Virus record (IMG/VR): IMGVR_UViG_3300017731_000022
Direction: 5' to 3' (one strand)
DNA length: 30,276 bases
Source of the DNA: a virus
Shown: positions 30,276-30,276 of the stretch, piece after piece
Layout: the number at the start of each line of letters is the position of its first letter
Numbering within the stretch: position 1 is the stretch's first letter
The notes under the pieces: generated by a model
Databases searched by the model: none
What the model was told of the DNA's origin: nothing
Seen by the model: the letters and a program-made list of their open reading frames with translations, nothing else
Position numbers and translations under genes: made by a program

Positions 30276-30276
30276 A
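30154..30276. repeat. Terminal direct duplication, copy 2 (identical to 1..123)
   Basis: This is an exact 123-bp match to the left end of the window. Confidence 0.95.

Noticed and set aside
1-30276. tRNA or other structured RNA genes, integrase/attP, and lysogeny genes.
   Set aside because: The intergenic gaps are short and AT-rich, with no cloverleaf-capable GC-containing stretches. No ORF shows tyrosine or serine recombinase or CI/Cro-type repressor motifs that I can recognise. A tRNAscan or profile search would be needed to be certain.

Overview
This window looks like a complete tailed dsDNA phage genome. Bases 1-123 are repeated exactly at 30154-30276, which implies a circular or circularly permuted sequence of 30,153 unique bp. 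The sequence is strongly AT-rich. Every credible gene is on the minus strand. Genes are tightly packed, with many ATGA or TAATG stop/start overlaps and no Shine-Dalgarno-like leaders. That pattern resembles Bacteroidota phages, but the host is an inference only.

Modules, read along the minus strand:
- Packaging: terS and terL.
- Virion: neck and tail proteins, a tape-measure-like coiled-coil protein, an XkdF-like prohead protease, an acidic scaffold, an HK97-like capsid, a tube-like protein bracketed by terminators, and a portal fused to a Cys/His C-terminal domain.
- Fibres: two fibre-type proteins, one with beta-helix repeats and an S74 intramolecular-chaperone end.
- Lysis: an M15 peptidase flanked by membrane proteins, including a 55-aa holin candidate that is absent from the ORF track.
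- Recombination and replication: NinG, a possible annealing protein, an SSB ending in DLPF, a P-loop helicase-like ATPase, a T4 RNase H-like FEN, and a DnaA-domain-IV-like HTH protein.
- A phage-encoded sigma-70/ECF-like factor.

The most notable content is a compact DNA-modification cluster at 14172-17435. It holds a T4 gp42-like dCMP hydroxymethylase, a T4 alpha-glucosyltransferase-like enzyme and a MazG-type NTP pyrophosphohydrolase. The genome has no recognisable DNA polymerase or primase.

Other signals are a recurrent 13-bp promoter-like motif family (TTT[G/A]TATATT...) confined to intergenic gaps, four clear rho-independent terminators, an A/T-only palindromic intergenic element, a C-terminal peptide motif shared by several virion ORFs, and about ten plausible small ORFs below the track's size cutoff.

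All family assignments come from reading the translations and from remembered reference sequences. None has been checked against a database.
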